DNA of 64,000 nucleotides from an uncultured Alphaproteobacteria bacterium (GTDB lineage Bacteria; Pseudomonadota; Alphaproteobacteria; RF32; CAG-239): NCBI GenBank assembly GCA_944392225.1, contig CALXWB010000003.1, positions 8,723 to 72,722 of the forward strand, read 5' to 3'. Shown piece by piece: positions 60,811 to 64,000 of this stretch (position 1 is its first letter; each line of letters starts with the position of its first letter). The notes under the pieces were generated by a model. It saw only the letters and a program-made list of their open reading frames with translations, ran no database searches and was not told where the DNA came from. The position numbers and the translations under genes were made by a program.

Positions 60811-61205
60811 GTTGGTGCATTAACCAAACATTAACCCGGCATATGGTAGTTTAAAAGACGGATGAAAAGGTTTGAGTAAGAAAACCGCATCCAAAGTATT
60901 GTAATATATCAAAAAGTAGTTGGTGGATATGTCAGAAATAAGTTTAACAGCGTCCATGCGCAGCAATTTGTTAAGCTTGCAACAAATAGCAAAGTTGCAA
61001 GATAGCACGCAATTACGCTTATCCACCGGCTTAAAAGTTAATTCCGCCATAGATAATCCCAGTTCCTATTACACCGCCAGCTCGCAGAATAACCGAGCGG
61101 AGGATTTGTCAGCTTTGCTTGATTCAATGGGCCAATCGGTGCAAACCATCAAAGCCGCCACCGAGGGGATTGAGAAAGCGGAAGATTTATTAGAGCTAGC
61201 CAAAG
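60811..61205. repeat. Inverted repeat, right copy (promoter/5'UTR plus first ~95 codons of flagellin-like gene 2)
   Basis: See the left copy. The upstream 110 bp (gtgcattaaccaaacattaaccc…aaaagtagttggtggatATG) is shared by both genes. Confidence 0.85.
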
Positions 61206-62983
61206 CCACGGCAACCGATATTTCTGAAAAGCTTAGCAGTGAAAATATTTTTGCCATTGTCAGCAACAAAACTGAACTGTTAAAAGCTGTCAATAAATGG
61301 GAAAGCGGCAACGGGTTGATTGTTTTGGCCGAAGATATCAACATGGGTTCAACTAAGTTAGAGCTCAAAGACAATCAAAAACTGGTGGGTTTGAACTATA
61401 TTGACGGCTCGCAAAAAAGAGCAGAACTGAGCTGGACTTTTGCTGCTGACAGTGAAGACGGCCGCGGTATGATCATGGCAGAAGATAACCTGCTATCAGA
61501 TATAAAAATTACTTATAACTCAGATAATATTGATGCTGCGAACAAATCCTTTAATGCTATTTATAATGACGGCCATAAACTCAACCTGCATAATGTCGAT
61601 TTGACAGTGAATCATACGGCAACAGGAACAGATAATTTTAGTGCATCACATATAAGTGGTATAGAAAATGTGAATAGCGGTGAAATCCACATGAGCGGAA
61701 ATGTGACGCTAAATTCTTCTGCTAGCAAATTATATGGCTTGACTTTAATTCGCCACCAAGACCAATCATGTCAATTGGTGTTGGAAGATGATTCACATTT
61801 GGATATAAAAACCAATTATATATACAATCAAGTTATTTATTCTGGAACAAACGTATTTTTAAGTGATGTTAATGTAAATTATACATCAGGAACAACATCC
61901 ATTTTCAAAGATGGAAATTTTTCGTTTTATAAAAGTTTTTATCTTAGGCAAAGTACAACATCGACAGTAGTCTTTGATAGTTGCAATACATCTTTTTATG
62001 GAAATGCAAATTTTGATGTTATCGGTTATAATAATTGGCTATTTAAGGATGGAATCAGTAATATCTACGACAAAATGACATTAAAAATTTCAAGTGGAAA
62101 TTCTAATTATAGTACAAGCTTATTATCAGATAATCATACAATGAATATTAAAAATGGAGCAGAAGTATTGCTCAACCAGACTGTGAAAGAAGTTTTTATC
62201 AGCAATCAATCGACTAACCAAATCAACATTTCAGCCGGGGCAAAGTTTGGGGTGAAGAAAGACAGTAGCGGGATTGATAAGCTTTATCAGGCAGATAAAG
62301 ATACAAATATTACGACGTCATCTGCTGAACAAGTGGAAGACTTTGTCGGCGTGGACGGATTGTCGGTGACAGGTACTTTTCCACAATCGGCTTATGATAC
62401 CGCCATGGCTGACTTAACCGCAGAAATTGCAAAAATCGGCACCAGAAGTCATGAAAGCACGTTGAATGATAAAGACAAAATCTCCAACTATCAAACAAGC
62501 TTGACACAAGGGCAAAAATATACCGATATCATCAAACAATATGATGATTTAATCAAAGATAGCGCTTATAAAGGTGTGAATCTGTTACAAGGCGATGACC
62601 TCAAGGTGATTTTCAACGAAAACCGCAGTTCAACGGTTGATGTCTTGGGGCAAGATATTCGTTCCGATGAAATCGGTTTAATCACCACCGATTGGAAATC
62701 TTTGGCCGATATTAAACAATCTTTTGATGAACTCACTATTGCCAAAAACACTTTGCGCTCTGCTGCAACCAAACTCGGTAACTATTATTCAATTATCACC
62801 GAGCGGGAAACCTTTACCGATAATTTGATTAATGTGTTGCAAGAAGGTGCGGATAAACTCACGCTTGCCGATATGAATGAAGAGTCCGCCAACATGCTCT
62901 CACTGCAAACCCAACAACAACTGGCGATTAATTCTTTATCCTTAGCTTCTCAATCGTCACAATACATTTTGCGATTGTTCTAG
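60920..62983 (+). CDS. Giant flagellin-domain protein 2 (paralog of 40636..42387 with a different central domain)
   Basis: First ~90 aa nearly identical to protein 1, and the last ~110 aa about 85% identical. The 450-aa central region is N/S/T-rich and beta-helix-like, and unrelated in detail to protein 1. Confidence 0.8.
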   Translation: MVDMSEISLTASMRSNLLSLQQIAKLQDSTQLRLSTGLKVNSAIDNPSSYYTASSQNNRAEDLSALLDSMGQSVQTIKAATEGIEKAEDLLELAKATATDISEKLSSENIFAIVSNKTELLKAVNKWESGNGLIVLAEDINMGSTKLELKDNQKLVGLNYIDGSQKRAELSWTFAADSEDGRGMIMAEDNLLSDIKITYNSDNIDAANKSFNAIYNDGHKLNLHNVDLTVNHTATGTDNFSASHISGIENVNSGEIHMSGNVTLNSSASKLYGLTLIRHQDQSCQLVLEDDSHLDIKTNYIYNQVIYSGTNVFLSDVNVNYTSGTTSIFKDGNFSFYKSFYLRQSTTSTVVFDSCNTSFYGNANFDVIGYNNWLFKDGISNIYDKMTLKISSGNSNYSTSLLSDNHTMNIKNGAEVLLNQTVKEVFISNQSTNQINISAGAKFGVKKDSSGIDKLYQADKDTNITTSSAEQVEDFVGVDGLSVTGTFPQSAYDTAMADLTAEIAKIGTRSHESTLNDKDKISNYQTSLTQGQKYTDIIKQYDDLIKDSAYKGVNLLQGDDLKVIFNENRSSTVDVLGQDIRSDEIGLITTDWKSLADIKQSFDELTIAKNTLRSAATKLGNYYSIITERETFTDNLINVLQEGADKLTLADMNEESANMLSLQTQQQLAINSLSLASQSSQYILRLF

Positions 62984-63172
62984 AAAACAACATACCTTTT
63001 TTTGTGCCCTGTGGTGCTTTCTTTGTGCCGTCACCCCCCTATTCGTCAGCTGAACTGTTTTCAGCATCTCATAAAAAACCCTGAAACAAGTTCAGGGTGA
63101 CAGTATTGTGGTTTCAGTGTGACGTTTTTTTATTTGCCTTGTGGTACTTACTTTTTGGTGGCTGTCTCTTCT

Positions 63173-63715
63173 TTATCTTTTTCTGCGGAGAAGAACATAT
63201 AAAGCACCGTCACCACCATCTTTGATTTGTGAATAACTGATACTCAAAATAAGAGGTCTTAGCTCTCTCGAGTTGAGCCATTGCGGTACTTTTTCTTTCA
63301 AAATGCCGCGGCGGGGCATTATTTCTTCATCTTCGGGGTGAGGGCGCCCCTTGCCGGTGACAATTAACACACAGCGCAGGCTATCTATATAAGCGTTTTT
63401 TATGAAGTTTGTTACAGCTTCCCAGGCTTCATCTTCCGTATAGCCGTGTAAATCCAGCCGACGTTCTATCTTGAACTCTCCTCGCTTGAATTTTGTGGCC
63501 GTGTTGCGATCAATATCCGCAATTTGCCCAATGGCTAAATCTTTAAGAGGGTTGCCGTGGTAGACACTCGTATTGTCTATGCTGTTTCTTATAGGCGGTA
63601 ATTCCGGCAAGGGGTGCTCAATTTCATCTGCTTTGGGTAAAGTTTGAACATCTTTGGTGGTATCATGCCAAAGGCTTAAATCTTCTTCACTTATTTTCAG
63701 CTGGCTTTTCTTCAT
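63173..63715 (-). CDS. Smr-domain protein (MutS2-related small nuclease domain)
   Basis: …RLDLHGYTEDEAWEAVTNFI…VLIVTGKG… Smr motif pattern. Confidence 0.7.
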   Translation of the reverse strand: MKKSQLKISEEDLSLWHDTTKDVQTLPKADEIEHPLPELPPIRNSIDNTSVYHGNPLKDLAIGQIADIDRNTATKFKRGEFKIERRLDLHGYTEDEAWEAVTNFIKNAYIDSLRCVLIVTGKGRPHPEDEEIMPRRGILKEKVPQWLNSRELRPLILSISYSQIKDGGDGALYVLLRRKR

Positions 63716-63980
63716 CTTTTTTCGGTTCTTCCGGCTTTTTATCCAACATATAATCAGAAAAATTTAGTATGACAAATTCTTTCCAATCGCCTTCAGGAGC
63801 TACACAGCCAAGCTTTTTGTTTTCGGCATTGACCAAAACAATGCCGCCAAACTTCCATAAGTTTTCGCAGTTTTCATATGATGATATCAGATAAGCTTTG
63901 GTTCTTTCTATAACCTTGTGATAAAGTTTTTTCTTGAAATAGGTGCTGTAAACCATAATCATGGCCACAATGAACAGCAA
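63687..63980 (-). CDS. Hypothetical protein, partial (may extend past the window end)
   Basis: ORF with a hydrophobic N-terminal segment. Overlaps the Smr gene's start region. Truncated by the window. Confidence 0.3.
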   Translation of the reverse strand: MLFIVAMIMVYSTYFKKKLYHKVIERTKAYLISSYENCENLWKFGGIVLVNAENKKLGCVAPEGDWKEFVILNFSDYMLDKKPEEPKKDEEKPAENK

Positions 63981-64000
63981 ACCAAATATAACACCGACAC

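Overview
The window reads as core chromosome from a low-GC alphaproteobacterium (Rhizobiales-like: truncated HprK, IalB-family protein, Omp-type porin; no species assignment is made from these). The left third is a replication block: rpsT-dnaA-dnaN-recF, then gyrB and polA. The middle is a conserved envelope/housekeeping block: gpmI-envC-ctpA-yibQ-rppH, rlmN, CCA-adding enzyme, yraN-rsmI with lpoA divergent from them, ffs-dnaX-ybaB-recR. On the right is an origin-proximal block, all on the minus strand: cvpA-radA-mlaFE-hprK-tsaE ... parB-parA-rsmG ... murA-mnmG-mnmE-rho. This block holds two parS palindromes and is followed by an AT-rich intergenic region with a cluster of DnaA boxes (candidate oriC), then coaE-dnaQ. 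Four things stand out. (1) Two divergently oriented paralogous giant flagellin-domain genes (583 and 687 aa) share near-identical promoters and N-termini and similar C-termini but have different beta-helix-like central domains. They form nested inverted repeats around the 18.5 kb parAB/oriC segment. (2) A 15-bp motif, TTTAAATACRGTGTT, occurs 8 times, always in the same orientation, inside different essential genes and in different reading frames. (3) An archaemetzincin-like metalloprotease gene lies between gyrB and polA. (4) A GC-rich tandem repeat copies the 3' end of flagellin-like gene 1. No tRNA or rRNA genes, CRISPR arrays, integrases or transposases were seen, and no obvious horizontally acquired island. 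The SRP RNA (ffs) is present immediately upstream of dnaX.
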